DNA from: a bacterium | Lineage (GTDB): Bacteria; Patescibacteriota; Andersenbacteria; UBA10190 | Length of the DNA stretch: 64,000 nt | Assembly: GCA_043811915.1 (NCBI GenBank) | Contig: JBDRMS010000009.1 | Coordinates: 9,960 to 73,959 of the forward strand | Reading direction: 5' to 3' | Shown here: positions 30,957 to 41,108 of the stretch, in pieces | How the letters are laid out: each line of letters opens with the position of its first letter | Numbering within the stretch: the first letter of the stretch is position 1 | Made by a program: the position numbers and the translations under genes | The notes under the pieces: model-generated | The model's database searches: none | What the model was told of the DNA's origin: nothing | Seen by the model: only the letters and a program-made list of their open reading frames with translations

Positions 30957-31472
30957 ATGGATACATATACAAAACTAGCCAAGATCACCACCGAACACTT
31001 TGTCCGACAGCACTCTGTTCTGCTCCTGCCTAGCGCCTTATCTCTGGACCTTCGTCGCCAGAAAGCCTGCTACGTATATGTATACGAAAACCCTGGCCGC
31101 CGGCTGCGCGCCGTGTATGGTGAACCTTTTCCCCGTTACTCCTGCCTGGCCGAGGAAATTATTAATAACACTGTGGGGGCTCTAACTAAACATACTTTCC
31201 CGGTTATTCATCGTACTGATCTAGCCTCATTAATCTATATTGTGGCAGTGTTAGACCCGCTCCAGCGTATTATTGATGCCACTCAACTTCACCCCGATAA
31301 GTTTGGTCTTTACCTGCACTCCGACCAGGGAAAATCAGCAGTTCTTCTCCCACAACGCACCGGCGTAGAAACAGCTCAAGACCAGATTGCCACCGCCTTG
31401 CGTGAATCAGGCTCCAATCCACGTCAGGAAGCCATAACCATGTATCGTTTTGGAGTCACCTATTATGAGTAA
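30957..31472 (+). CDS. AMMECR1 domain protein
   Basis: C-terminal FGLYLHSDQGKSAVLLPQ matches the AMMECR1 hGlii-g-LLPqV signature. ATG at 30957; the track ORF 5' extension overlaps the ThpR gene. Confidence 0.55.
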   Translation: MDTYTKLAKITTEHFVRQHSVLLLPSALSLDLRRQKACYVYVYENPGRRLRAVYGEPFPRYSCLAEEIINNTVGALTKHTFPVIHRTDLASLIYIVAVLDPLQRIIDATQLHPDKFGLYLHSDQGKSAVLLPQRTGVETAQDQIATALRESGSNPRQEAITMYRFGVTYYE

Positions 31473-33072
31473 AGTCGCCAGGTTTGCCGAAGTTGCCCCC
31501 GCTATTCCCTTGCCCCCCACTGGGCCTCAAACCTATACCTACAAACTTTCTGCCAAACAACAGTCGAAAATTAACCCCTACGCCCGTGTGACTGTTCCCT
31601 TTGGCCACCGAACGGTATCTGGCGTAGTAATAAGGCTACATTCCAGGCCGGCTTTGTATCGTACCAAATCGATAATCGCCGTATTTCCCGCCGCCTTGAC
31701 TAGCCGCCAGGTGCAATTTGCCCGCTGGATGGCACAAGTTAGCCACGGTGGCCTTGGCTATACGCTAAGACTTTTTCAGCCGCCTGGGGCGAGCCTCGTC
31801 TGCGGCGGGTCCCCCGGAGACTCGCCTGGCCCTTCAGCACCTTCCTTGAAACCTCCTGTAGCCTTAATTGATGGCAACTTCAATCACCGCTGCCGGAAAT
31901 TGCGCACCATTATCAGACAATACATTAGCCAAGGACACCAGGTCCTGATATTAGCGCCCGAAAAATGGATGGCCGAGCTCTTAAACCAGCAATTAAACAA
32001 CTTATCCCCTACTTTGATATACGCCGACCTGCCGGCCTCTCATTTGAACAGTGTCTGGCAGCAAATTCGCGCCGGTCAGCCCAAACTTATTATTGGTACT
32101 CAAAAAGCCCTATTTCTACCATTTAATAATCTCAAACTCGTGGTCATAGAAGAAGAACAGTACGCCACTCACAAACTTTGGGATCAATATCCTCGCCTGC
32201 ACAATATATCTGGCGCAGAACAATTAGCCTATCTCCACGCCGCCTCTCTTCTATACACCTCCTCTTTTTCCTCCCTGCGCTTACGCCACGCCCTGCAAAA
32301 CAAAACAATCAAAGCGCTTGTAAATAAGCCCCTTATCCCGCGCACCTCACTTGTTAAATATGATTTTGAAGATAAAGTTAAGCGCTACGCTCTGCCTTCA
32401 TCCTTTGTTTGCAGATTAAGAAAATGGCTCAAAGACAAAGACGAAGTCTTGTTGTTCTACAATCAGCGCGACAATGATCATCTCAAAAAAATTCTGAATC
32501 AAAACCATTTATCCTCTCCTCGGCTCACTTTAAGTACCAGCGCTATTTTTGCTGCCGAACCAGGTAAAAAATTTAATCGCATAGTGTGGCTTCATCCCGA
32601 ACGCAGCTTGAGCTATCCCGATTTTCGCAGCCATGAGCGTGCTCTTGTCACCCTGTCCCGCCTGCAACAAAGCTTAAGCAGCCGTCAGCGCAGGATCTTT
32701 CTGGTAACCCGCCGGCCGGACACAGTCGAAAAAATATTCATTCGCCCCCCTGCCGAAGCATTCGCCGGTATTCTTAAAGAACGCCAGCGCTTCTCCTATC
32801 CCCCCTATACCGATCTGGTGCGCCTCACTATTAAGGCCAAAACCAAAGCCGCCGCTATGAAGAGAAGTATTCTAATCCGTCAACAAATAGACCGGCGCTT
32901 ATCAAAAAACTCCTCCGTTAAAGTCCGCGGCCCTTTTCATGACTTATCGCACCTTCCTAAAAACAAACCAGAAGTCCAGATTCTCCTCACCGGATCTCTC
33001 AAAGTTCTAATCAATATTTATAAAAATCTGGCTGTCGACGCCGCCGACCTCACCCCTGAGCGCATTCTGTAA
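31450..33072 (+). CDS. primosomal protein N' (PriA)-like, helicase motifs degenerate
   Basis: PriA-like N-terminal DNA-binding domain (RVTVPFGHRTVSGVVI) and helicase lobe 1 (QGHQVLILAPE, LVVIEEEQ). Walker A GxGKT, DEEH and the Cys4 zinc region are absent. Confidence 0.55.
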   Translation: MESPIMSKVARFAEVAPAIPLPPTGPQTYTYKLSAKQQSKINPYARVTVPFGHRTVSGVVIRLHSRPALYRTKSIIAVFPAALTSRQVQFARWMAQVSHGGLGYTLRLFQPPGASLVCGGSPGDSPGPSAPSLKPPVALIDGNFNHRCRKLRTIIRQYISQGHQVLILAPEKWMAELLNQQLNNLSPTLIYADLPASHLNSVWQQIRAGQPKLIIGTQKALFLPFNNLKLVVIEEEQYATHKLWDQYPRLHNISGAEQLAYLHAASLLYTSSFSSLRLRHALQNKTIKALVNKPLIPRTSLVKYDFEDKVKRYALPSSFVCRLRKWLKDKDEVLLFYNQRDNDHLKKILNQNHLSSPRLTLSTSAIFAAEPGKKFNRIVWLHPERSLSYPDFRSHERALVTLSRLQQSLSSRQRRIFLVTRRPDTVEKIFIRPPAEAFAGILKERQRFSYPPYTDLVRLTIKAKTKAAAMKRSILIRQQIDRRLSKNSSVKVRGPFHDLSHLPKNKPEVQILLTGSLKVLINIYKNLAVDAADLTPERIL

Positions 33073-33099
33073 ATGGGGGATTTGTGATAACATGCACAT

Positions 33100-33687
33100 A
33101 TGAATCAAAATTACAAAAGAAAAGGCATGGCCTTTATCGTCATTGCCTACTCTGTCGCCTTAGCCTTCTTATTTGTCTTGCTTCTGCGCAGTATCGCCGT
33201 CCAGATTTCACCTCCCCCCCCTCCGCAAAATGAGCCTTACCCTGATACCAGTACCAAGGAACTGTGTGAGGAGGCTGGCGGCCGCTGGCTGGAAAACAGC
33301 CAAGAATTACAAAGTGAACGTGCAGAATCAGACTCTCCTCAACCGGCCAGTCGACCCATAAGCAAATGCCAGGGCCCTCTCAAGTTCGAGCGGGACATGC
33401 GTATTCAGCAAGATGACAATCAACAAACCTCTCTGTTCGTCTTCCTGATTGGCGGCACCATCGCCGTAGCGGGCAGCGCTTTTCTCAGAAAAAGCCGTGT
33501 CCTGTCGCTGGGATTAATGCTCGGCGGTATATTCTCCTTCTTCGTGGCCGGCACACAACTATGGATGCTGGCTCCCGGCCTGGGCCGTGTTATCACCATC
33601 GCCATTTTATTCCTCGTCCTCACCGGCATCGGCGTCTACGTCTTCCGCGACAGCGACCAGGAAGAAACAGCGCAAGTTCCTCAATAA
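33100..33687 (+). CDS. hypothetical membrane protein
   Basis: 195 aa. N-terminal TM, poly-Pro, C-terminal 3 TM. Confidence 0.4.
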   Translation: MNQNYKRKGMAFIVIAYSVALAFLFVLLLRSIAVQISPPPPPQNEPYPDTSTKELCEEAGGRWLENSQELQSERAESDSPQPASRPISKCQGPLKFERDMRIQQDDNQQTSLFVFLIGGTIAVAGSAFLRKSRVLSLGLMLGGIFSFFVAGTQLWMLAPGLGRVITIAILFLVLTGIGVYVFRDSDQEETAQVPQ

Positions 33688-33737
33688 AAATAGGGCCAGA
33701 TATAAATCCGGCCCGGACTCACTTTTTGCAGGGGGCT

Positions 33738-34046
33738 TTAGGAAACTTTTTTTGTCTCCCAGCTTCCCCCGGCTTGACGGAGTACACGCGCTATCTCCTG
33801 GTCAAAATCCTCCCGTGAGAGCATATCTTCGTTCCACTTGTCGAACAATCTGCCAATCTCCCGGCACGGCGTCCGCACGTTCCTTGAGGCGGCGTGAATC
33901 CGTTCGCATTTTACGCAGCGGTCTCCCACCTCTGTAACAATAACCTCATCCCAATCGCCGCCAGAGTGGTATTGCGTCCAGTGGCGATAAATCTTACCTC
34001 CACATTCACAGTGTTCGTGGAGAAAAACAGCGGCCGGGGCTTTCAT
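33738..34046 (-). CDS. small Cys-rich protein (CxC...CxxC), putative zinc ribbon
   Basis: 102 aa with HEHCECGG and CVKCE. Lies 20 nt downstream of the IMPase-family gene on the same strand. Confidence 0.4.
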   Translation of the reverse strand: MKAPAAVFLHEHCECGGKIYRHWTQYHSGGDWDEVIVTEVGDRCVKCERIHAASRNVRTPCREIGRLFDKWNEDMLSREDFDQEIARVLRQAGGSWETKKVS

Positions 34047-34066
34047 AGTAAGATCTCCTTTTTGAA

Positions 34067-35098
34067 TTAGCCGATTTGGGGCGGCGGCATAGGTAATGTT
34101 ACACTGCCTCGATCGGCCAGGTTAAGAAAAGAAAGAGTTTGAACAGCCTCGAGTACCTTTTTCGCCAACGACGGACGGGCCGCAATTAGCGTCAAAGGCT
34201 CGCCAAAACAACGTTTTTGCCATCCCACGCCGTTCTCATCCGTGATAGTAAAACCCAACCCATCTAACACCGGCAAGGCGCCGCCTACGTCCCAAGGATG
34301 TAGCACCTCATCACTGCCTTCTGTTCCTCCTGAAAACAAAGCTCGCAAATCAACATAGGCATCAACCTGGTTGCTGACCATATCAAGCAAGTCCTGCAGT
34401 GATGATCGACACCCTCCCGTTGTCCGTCCTCCCGCCGCTTGAATTGCTTCCTCAACCTCACAGCGGGCCTTGACGTTGCCGTGCGAATACCCTGGTACCA
34501 CTGCATACCATTGAGAATCACCCCGGGCCTCTTGTACCTCGGCTTGCGGAATCAGCTCTCTGTTAAGAAAAGCAAGAAATGAACCCGGCTCCGTCCGCAC
34601 AGCTGAATACACACTCTTACTGGCAAAGTCGTACACAGCGCAGGCTACGATGCTAGACAACTCCGCTCTCTCCAGTACCATCGCCGACGTACCACCAAAA
34701 ATTGGTCGGCCGCGGTTTTTCGACGCCAGAGCCCGCTTGGTGTTGGTCGACCCTTCCAGTGCGTCACAAACCATAATTGGATACTTAAGCTCCCGGCCGG
34801 TCGCTCGGCGCCCGTCTGCTTCCTCGACAACGTCGCTCGTAAAGTCCGGCATGACCTCGCTGATAACCCGGCGCAAAGCGCTGGCGGCTACGTCGTCCGC
34901 CGTTGAGTATTGATGCCCGTGTACGTTCTCTGTGTCGTGTATATCATCTGCCCCCATACTAAGCACATGGTCTCCTGTCTTCCTCGCCACTCTGCACAAA
35001 TCCAACATCGTCTTTGTCCGTTGGCTCTGAACGAGAGGCATGCGTTCGCGTTCTTCGGCATTCATGAGTACCTCCCTTTTATTAGGGTAAATTGTCAA
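34067..35098 (-). CDS. inositol monophosphatase / CysQ (FIG) family phosphatase
   Basis: Motifs CDALEGSTN and WDVGGALPVLDGLG. Confidence 0.7.
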   Translation of the reverse strand: MTIYPNKREVLMNAEERERMPLVQSQRTKTMLDLCRVARKTGDHVLSMGADDIHDTENVHGHQYSTADDVAASALRRVISEVMPDFTSDVVEEADGRRATGRELKYPIMVCDALEGSTNTKRALASKNRGRPIFGGTSAMVLERAELSSIVACAVYDFASKSVYSAVRTEPGSFLAFLNRELIPQAEVQEARGDSQWYAVVPGYSHGNVKARCEVEEAIQAAGGRTTGGCRSSLQDLLDMVSNQVDAYVDLRALFSGGTEGSDEVLHPWDVGGALPVLDGLGFTITDENGVGWQKRCFGEPLTLIAARPSLAKKVLEAVQTLSFLNLADRGSVTLPMPPPQIG

Positions 35099-35162
35099 AA
35101 GATCACGTGTTTTTAAGCACCCACCCTAAATTCCACTCCTGTTTATATATAGTTGTCAATGC

Positions 35163-35189
35163 CAATTCCAACCCTTAGGGTTGGAATTG
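35163..35189. repeat. 27-nt perfect palindrome CAATTCCAACCC-TTA-GGGTTGGAATTG, copy 2 of 2
   Basis: Identical to 146..172. It lies 45 nt downstream of the metzincin gene and about 65 nt upstream of the IMPase-family gene, abutting a TTGACA hexamer. Confidence 0.6.
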
Positions 35190-35234
35190 GGACTATAGGC
35201 CGTGGGACAGCAGAATTCTGGGGTTTAAGAAAAT

Positions 35235-36071
35235 TTAATACAGCGCTTTAACTCCTGCTATATCCCCTGCTTCCAACGTCTGCTTTTTAGTCTCACCGAA
35301 ATCAGCCAAGCGATACATCGTCTCTTCAGTGCAGGAGTCATTCGGATGTCCCATACCCACCGAGTGTCCCAGTTCGTGTGTGGCTATGTTCTCGAAGTCC
35401 ATTTTTCCCATCTCGCCACTGTCACTCCAATCAAAATCAACCTGGTCGTAAACCTGGTCCCACTCCACTAGCTGCCGCTCGGACGGCTTACCTCTAAACA
35501 CACCCCACACGATCGTCACTCCAATAGCTCCCGGACTATCAACGTCACCAAAATAAACTTCATTCAAGTTATCTGGCGCTGCTGTGTCTGCTATTAATTC
35601 GTCACTTGTCTGTGATCCGTTGCCTAAAACATCAATTCCTTCTGCCGCAGTTTCCCATTTAGTGATATCTGCTGCTAGGTTGCCGACTACAAAGTTTTCA
35701 TCCAGGCCTTCTACATTAGTCGGGTTAACTATCCATGGTTCTACTGTCTTCCAGTTAGCACCGTTAGCCAGAAAACTGTAACACGCGCCTTCGCCGCTTT
35801 CTCCAGGCGGCTTCCCTTTATTGCCGCCTTTGGCCATCTCATTTTTGTAATGCACAAAGGCATAACCCTCCACTGCCTGCCCCGTGCCGGGGTCAATCGC
35901 TTGCCCCAACGAAATAACCGGCGACCCGTCAGCCGCCGCCGGCAACTTTAACACCTTTTCCGTGCCTGGTGTAAACAACGTCGCCGCTTGCCTCTGCACT
36001 GCCGCCACCGCCGGCGCTGACAGCAGCAAAAGGCTCATTGCTATCCCCAAACCAATAATTTTTTTGTACAT
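35235..36071 (-). CDS. secreted zinc metalloprotease, metzincin (matrixin-like)
   Basis: Signal peptide, then HELGHSVGMGH (HExxHxxGxxH) with a downstream Met-turn. Confidence 0.75.
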   Translation of the reverse strand: MYKKIIGLGIAMSLLLLSAPAVAAVQRQAATLFTPGTEKVLKLPAAADGSPVISLGQAIDPGTGQAVEGYAFVHYKNEMAKGGNKGKPPGESGEGACYSFLANGANWKTVEPWIVNPTNVEGLDENFVVGNLAADITKWETAAEGIDVLGNGSQTSDELIADTAAPDNLNEVYFGDVDSPGAIGVTIVWGVFRGKPSERQLVEWDQVYDQVDFDWSDSGEMGKMDFENIATHELGHSVGMGHPNDSCTEETMYRLADFGETKKQTLEAGDIAGVKALY

Positions 36072-36174
36072 AATAAAGTCACTTAAGAATTATTTATCTT
36101 ACCAAGAGTACATCAAAATCTCCCTCCAAACAAGAAACAAAGCCGACCCTTAATATGCAGCAATATATTACTAG

Positions 36175-36798
36175 TTACTGGTTACTAATACTTTCTTTTA
36201 CCTTCATTGTCGTTATAATCGCCGCTCTCCCCTGCTCCTCCAGTTTCATACTAATGTATTTTATCGTCTGCTTTTGCTGCGGTATCAAAACGTGCTCCAG
36301 GGCATTGACCCGCCGCCTGGTTTTTTCAATCTCCTGGGCCATCAACTCTGCTGCCTTCTCCTTAGCTGCCAGCTTCAGCAGTAACGGCAACACCTCGCGA
36401 AAATCGTACATGGCTATGTCCAACTCCGGTGACGTCTCCCAGTTAATATATTTTTCATTTGACTCTTCATATGTCGTCTCAAAGTCCGGAATTTTAACTC
36501 CCATCACATTCTTTTCCGCCACGGCAGCCGTAACTTTTTGTAACTCAAGTAAAGAAACCATTCTCACTGCTTGTGGGTCCATAGCCGCCTGCGCTAAAGT
36601 AAAGCGGTGCAAAGCATTAGCTAACTTCTCATCCACATTTTCTCTTAATTCTTTGACCTCACGGACTAATTCCAAAAACTCCTGCATCAACCCATCACGC
36701 TTCTCTTTTAGTAACTTATGTCCCTTTTGTGCCAAAACTGCTCGCTTCTTCAGGCGTAGCAGCTCCATTCTAGTAGGATTAACCCTTAGGTTTGGCAT
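36175..36798 (-). CDS. ntpD: V/A-type ATPase subunit D
   Basis: 207-aa coiled-coil protein, last gene of the V-type operon. Confidence 0.8.
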   Translation of the reverse strand: MPNLRVNPTRMELLRLKKRAVLAQKGHKLLKEKRDGLMQEFLELVREVKELRENVDEKLANALHRFTLAQAAMDPQAVRMVSLLELQKVTAAVAEKNVMGVKIPDFETTYEESNEKYINWETSPELDIAMYDFREVLPLLLKLAAKEKAAELMAQEIEKTRRRVNALEHVLIPQQKQTIKYISMKLEEQGRAAIITTMKVKESISNQ

Positions 36799-38173
36799 AC
36801 TTTTCTATGTGCTCCTCTTTTATTCGTTTCAGCTCACTCTTCGGCAGCAACATAAGTAGTTCCCAACCTATAGCCAGTGTTTCTTCAATACTGCGATTTT
36901 CTGTCTCACCCTGGCTGATAAACTTCTTCTCAAACTGATCCGTGAAGGCAAGATATTTTTTGTCCGTCTCCGTCAGTGCTCCTTCCCCCAGAATAACGGC
37001 CAGCTCTCTAACTTCCAGTCCCCGTGCGTAAGCCGAGAACATTTGGTTAGCCACTCCGCTGTGGTCTTTCCGCGTTTTACCTTCCCCAATACCTTTCGGC
37101 ATTAACCTGGACAATGATGACAATACATTAACCGGCGGGTAGCTCCCCTTTTGGTGCAGGTCGCGTCCTAGTACTATTTGTCCTTCAGTAATGTACCCTG
37201 TCAAGTCAGGAATAGGATGGGTTTTATCATCCTCCGGCATAGATAAAATCGGCAGCTGGGTGATGGAACCTTCCTCGCCTCGCAGTCTCCCCGCTCGTTC
37301 ATAAATTGTCGACAGGTCGGAATATAGATAACCCGGGTAACCACGCCGCCCCGGCACTTCTTTTCTAGCCGAACTAATCTCACGCAGTGCCTCGGCATAT
37401 TTTGTCATGTCTGTCATAATCACCAGCACATGCATATGTTTGGTAAAGGCCAGATATTCCGCCGCCGTCAACGCCATACGCGGGGTAGCAATACGCTCTA
37501 CCGCCGGGTCATTAGCCAGATTAATAAATAGCACCGAGTGCTCGATGGCTCCTCTGCCTGTGAAGTCATTAATGAAGAATTGCGCCTCTTCGTATGTAAT
37601 TCCCATTGCTGCAAACACCACCGCGAATTCAATTCCCTTACCTCCTGCTTTGTTGGCACTAGGTACTGTTGCTTGCCGTGCAATCTGCGCTGCCAGCAGT
37701 GAGTGGGGAAGTCCAGCTCCGGAAAATATCGGCAACTTTTGTCCCAGGACCAATGTATTCATGCCATCAATACTGGAAATACCAGTCTGAATAAAGTCAT
37801 CCGGATACGCCCGCGCCGCCGGGTTAATTGGAGAACTGTTAATATCACGCTCCTCATCCGGAATAATCTCCGGTTGTCCGTCAATCGGCTTACCGGAGCC
37901 AGAAAACGTCCGTCCCAGCAAATCTCCCGATACCGGCAGTTTCAACACATCTCCCAGGAAACGCACCTTGGTTCCCGATACGCTTAAACCACTGGTACCT
38001 TCAAACATTTGCACCACTGCCCGGTCATCCATTACTTCCAATACCTTACCCCGTCGCTTCTCCTGCCCCGGCGACGCGACCTCCACCAGCTCGTCATAGG
38101 CCACCCCTTCTACTCCCTCCACTATTAATAGCGGTCCGGTTATTTCCTTTGTTGTTTTATATTCTTTTAACAT
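36779..38173 (-). CDS. ntpB: V/A-type ATPase subunit B (regulatory)
   Basis: 464 aa with an alpha/beta ATPase fold but no intact P-loop. Confidence 0.9.
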   Translation of the reverse strand: MLKEYKTTKEITGPLLIVEGVEGVAYDELVEVASPGQEKRRGKVLEVMDDRAVVQMFEGTSGLSVSGTKVRFLGDVLKLPVSGDLLGRTFSGSGKPIDGQPEIIPDEERDINSSPINPAARAYPDDFIQTGISSIDGMNTLVLGQKLPIFSGAGLPHSLLAAQIARQATVPSANKAGGKGIEFAVVFAAMGITYEEAQFFINDFTGRGAIEHSVLFINLANDPAVERIATPRMALTAAEYLAFTKHMHVLVIMTDMTKYAEALREISSARKEVPGRRGYPGYLYSDLSTIYERAGRLRGEEGSITQLPILSMPEDDKTHPIPDLTGYITEGQIVLGRDLHQKGSYPPVNVLSSLSRLMPKGIGEGKTRKDHSGVANQMFSAYARGLEVRELAVILGEGALTETDKKYLAFTDQFEKKFISQGETENRSIEETLAIGWELLMLLPKSELKRIKEEHIEKYAKPKG

Positions 38174-38185
38174 GGGTATTTAGCA

Positions 38186-39955
38186 TTAAAGTTGCTTCTC
38201 CAGCTCGTCAAAATAGTCTGTCACCTCATCATGCGGAACCATTTTTGCCCTGGCAATCTTCTCCACCACCTCGAGCTGCATTAAATTATCTATGGCCGCC
38301 TCTGCCTTCTTCAACTTCTCGCCTCCCGTGCGATAAAATTGCATAATAACTTTCAACATACGGTACTGCTTAATTAGACTGGTATAAGTGTCCACTTCAT
38401 CAAACGCGTTTTGTTGCAGGTAGTCCTCCCGTATCATTCTGGCTACGTGCAGCAACAATTGTTCTTGCTGAGATAGGGCCTCAATTCCAACCAGCCGCAC
38501 CACTTCTTCCAGGGCTGCCTCTTCCTGTAAAATCGTCATCGCTTCCTGTCTCAACTCGCTCCAATCATCTCCCGTTTTACTGCGATAATAATCGGCCAAT
38601 TGATCTGTGTACAGCGAATAGCTAGTCAGCCAGTTAATGGCCGGGTAATGACGGCTGTAAGCCAGTTTGTCATCCAATCCCCAAAAAACCTTTACTACAC
38701 TCAATGTGTTTTGTGTCACCGGCTCCGATAGATCTCCTCCTGGCGGCGATACCGCTCCAATGGCCGTCAGTGACCCTTCCCGTTCATCTGAACCCAGCAC
38801 TCTGGCACTACCGGCCCGCTCATAAAATCCAGCCGTTCGTGAGCCCAGGTAAGCAGGATACCCTTCGTCGCCCGGCATTTCTTCCAGTCGTCCTGACATT
38901 TCACGTAAGGCCTCAGCCCATCGGGAAGTGGAATCGGCCATCAAAGCCACCGAGTATCCCATGTCCCGATAATACTCCGCAATTGTCATCCCGGTGTAAA
39001 TAGACGCCTCCCTGGCCGCCACCGGCATGTTAGAGGTATTAGCAATCAACACTGTACGTTGCAACAGCGGCTTACCCGTGTTCGGATCCTCCAGCTCCGG
39101 GAACTCAATTAGGATGTCCGTCATCTCATTCCCTCGCTCTCCACAACCAATGTAAACAATAATTTCCGCGTCTGCCCACTTAGCCAACTGCTGTTGTACG
39201 ACTGTTTTACCGGCCCCAAAAGGTCCCGGCACAGCCCCGGTACCACCCTTGGCAATGGGGAAAAATGTATCGATAACCCGCTGTCCCGACAATAAGGGAA
39301 CCGTCGGTATCAATTTCTCTTTAACCGGGCGGGGGGTACGGATTGGCCAGCGTGCCATCATGGTAATCTCGTGTTCTTTGCCTCTGTCATCTTCAAGTAC
39401 AGCCACTGTGTCCGTAACCTTATAAGCTCCCGCCGGCACAATGTGCTTAATCTTGCCACTCAAGTTCGGAGGCACCATAATTTTATGCTCAATAATTTCT
39501 GTCTCCTGAACAGTACCCAATATGTCTCCTCCCGTAACCATTGCGCCCTGTCCCGCGGTCTCGCCTCCGACGAGACTTCGCGGAGTGAAATCCCACTGCT
39601 TCTCACGATCAAGGGAGTCAACTGTGACTCCTCTGGCAATAAAAGCCCCGCTTTTATCTCTAATAACTTCCAGGGGACGCTGAATACCATCATAAATAGT
39701 GCTCAACATGCCTGGCCCCAGCTCCAGCGACAGCGGCTCTCCCGTTGATACCACTTCCTGTCCCGGCATCAATCCACTAGTCTCCTCATAAACCTGGATC
39801 GAAGCCGTATCGTCTTCCAGCTCCACCACTTCTCCCATTAACCGATTTTTGCCAACCAGGACCAGATCATACATCTTGGCGCCCTGCATACCCCTCGCCA
39901 CCACCAGTGGCCCTGATACTTTTTGAATTTCACCCTCAATTTTTTTCTGCTTCAT
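38186..39955 (-). CDS. ntpA: V/A-type ATPase subunit A (catalytic)
   Basis: 589 aa with Walker A GPFGAGKT and the V-type A-subunit non-homologous insert. Confidence 0.9.
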   Translation of the reverse strand: MKQKKIEGEIQKVSGPLVVARGMQGAKMYDLVLVGKNRLMGEVVELEDDTASIQVYEETSGLMPGQEVVSTGEPLSLELGPGMLSTIYDGIQRPLEVIRDKSGAFIARGVTVDSLDREKQWDFTPRSLVGGETAGQGAMVTGGDILGTVQETEIIEHKIMVPPNLSGKIKHIVPAGAYKVTDTVAVLEDDRGKEHEITMMARWPIRTPRPVKEKLIPTVPLLSGQRVIDTFFPIAKGGTGAVPGPFGAGKTVVQQQLAKWADAEIIVYIGCGERGNEMTDILIEFPELEDPNTGKPLLQRTVLIANTSNMPVAAREASIYTGMTIAEYYRDMGYSVALMADSTSRWAEALREMSGRLEEMPGDEGYPAYLGSRTAGFYERAGSARVLGSDEREGSLTAIGAVSPPGGDLSEPVTQNTLSVVKVFWGLDDKLAYSRHYPAINWLTSYSLYTDQLADYYRSKTGDDWSELRQEAMTILQEEAALEEVVRLVGIEALSQQEQLLLHVARMIREDYLQQNAFDEVDTYTSLIKQYRMLKVIMQFYRTGGEKLKKAEAAIDNLMQLEVVEKIARAKMVPHDEVTDYFDELEKQL

Positions 39956-39967
39956 AATAACTAATAA

Positions 39968-40300
39968 CTAATGACTAAGAATGTCCGATCCCACTGCTTT
40001 AATCAACAGTCGGTTCATTTTGTGCGCCGCCAGATGCTTCGACTTTCCTGGCTGGGTAACCAGCACTATAGCTGGCAACGCGTCCTGATTCATTTTTTCC
40101 ACGTCGTCCAACACGTCCTCTGCCAGGCCTTCGTCAATCAACACAATACCACTTTCCCCTTCCTCTTTTATCTCTTTAAGGCGTGATACCAGGTCATTGG
40201 GCGAATCACAGGTAATGATATCAATTCCGGCTAACCGAAAGCCAAATCCCGCACCGCTCGGCCCCAAATAAGTAATCTTCGTCTGTTCTTTATTCTCCAT
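39968..40300 (-). CDS. ntpG: V/A-type ATPase subunit F
   Basis: 110 aa, placed between the C and A subunits as in the E. hirae ntp operon. Confidence 0.7.
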   Translation of the reverse strand: MENKEQTKITYLGPSGAGFGFRLAGIDIITCDSPNDLVSRLKEIKEEGESGIVLIDEGLAEDVLDDVEKMNQDALPAIVLVTQPGKSKHLAAHKMNRLLIKAVGSDILSH

Positions 40301-40304
40301 AAAA

Positions 40305-41108
40305 TTATGCCAAACTTCTAAAAAGCGAGCGGTTAAGTTTTCTTAAATCAGCGCTATCCATTGCTGAGCCTTTAGCCGCCAACAACAAACGCAGGTTACG
40401 TACCTCCAACTCTTTGGCGTACCAGAAAGCCATAATCATGTCATATCCCGTCGGCTCAAAGCGATGCTGTTTAATTATTTTAATCAGCTCCTCGTCCATT
40501 TGTCGATCATATTCCGTGGCGTCGTCCTGGGGAGTAAACGGCCGCTCTCTCTTGTCTTGCCGCTCTCCCTTGTCATACCAGGCCGCTACTTCACGCATCA
40601 ACGGCGTAAAAGCCAGTTGCTTCCGCCAGGTTTGGGCACGAGACGCCGCCGCCGCCATAATATCAGCCAGACCTGCCTCTACCTCCAACTGACCTTTAAT
40701 AAAAGATTCCCATATTTCTGGCACGTTCTCCCAGCCCAAGTTATGCCACACCGTACTCTGAATAATATCAGCCGATAAACTACCTAAGGGGGACTTCTCT
40801 TTCATCGCCTCGTTGCCCCCTCTCTTCTCCATCAGTGCAGTGGCCACATTCAGTGCATCGTAACGAGCCGATATAAATTGATACACACGCTCGTCGTTCA
40901 CTCCTCCTCCCAGCCACTTGTGAACCTCCTGCAAATGTTCCTCCATCGGCCGCTCGCCATAAGGCGTGTCCACTAACACGTGTCTGGCTTCCTCAATCGA
41001 CTTAGCCTCAATCAGGCGTGTGTACTCGTCGTCCTCAAGAAACCCTCTTTCCCATTCTCGGATAACGCCTATTAAATATGGCGTATCTGCTTTTGTCATT
41101 TTATTCAA
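40305..41108 (-). CDS. ntpC: V/A-type ATPase subunit C (d-like)
   Basis: 267 aa helical protein, called by operon position. Confidence 0.65.
   Translation of the reverse strand: MNKMTKADTPYLIGVIREWERGFLEDDEYTRLIEAKSIEEARHVLVDTPYGERPMEEHLQEVHKWLGGGVNDERVYQFISARYDALNVATALMEKRGGNEAMKEKSPLGSLSADIIQSTVWHNLGWENVPEIWESFIKGQLEVEAGLADIMAAAASRAQTWRKQLAFTPLMREVAAWYDKGERQDKRERPFTPQDDATEYDRQMDEELIKIIKQHRFEPTGYDMIMAFWYAKELEVRNLRLLLAAKGSAMDSADLRKLNRSLFRSLA

Noticed and set aside
34067-35098. IMPase-family gene region as a horizontally acquired island bounded by the palindromes
   Set aside because: GC content and codon style are not clearly different from purL and other core genes. The second palindrome copy is 35 kb away with housekeeping genes in between.
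146-35189. The 27-nt palindrome as a CRISPR repeat
   Set aside because: Only two copies 35 kb apart, with no regularly spaced array and no cas1/cas2. The Cas4-like gene at 45305 is not adjacent.
36771-36800. Third partial copy of the palindrome (AACCCTTAGGTTTGG)
   Set aside because: Only about 10-13 nt similarity, inside the ntpD/ntpB coding overlap. Likely coincidence.
36155-36859. 234-aa plus-strand ORF
   Set aside because: Entirely antisense to V-ATPase subunits D and B, with low-complexity hydrophobic content. Mirror ORF of a real gene.
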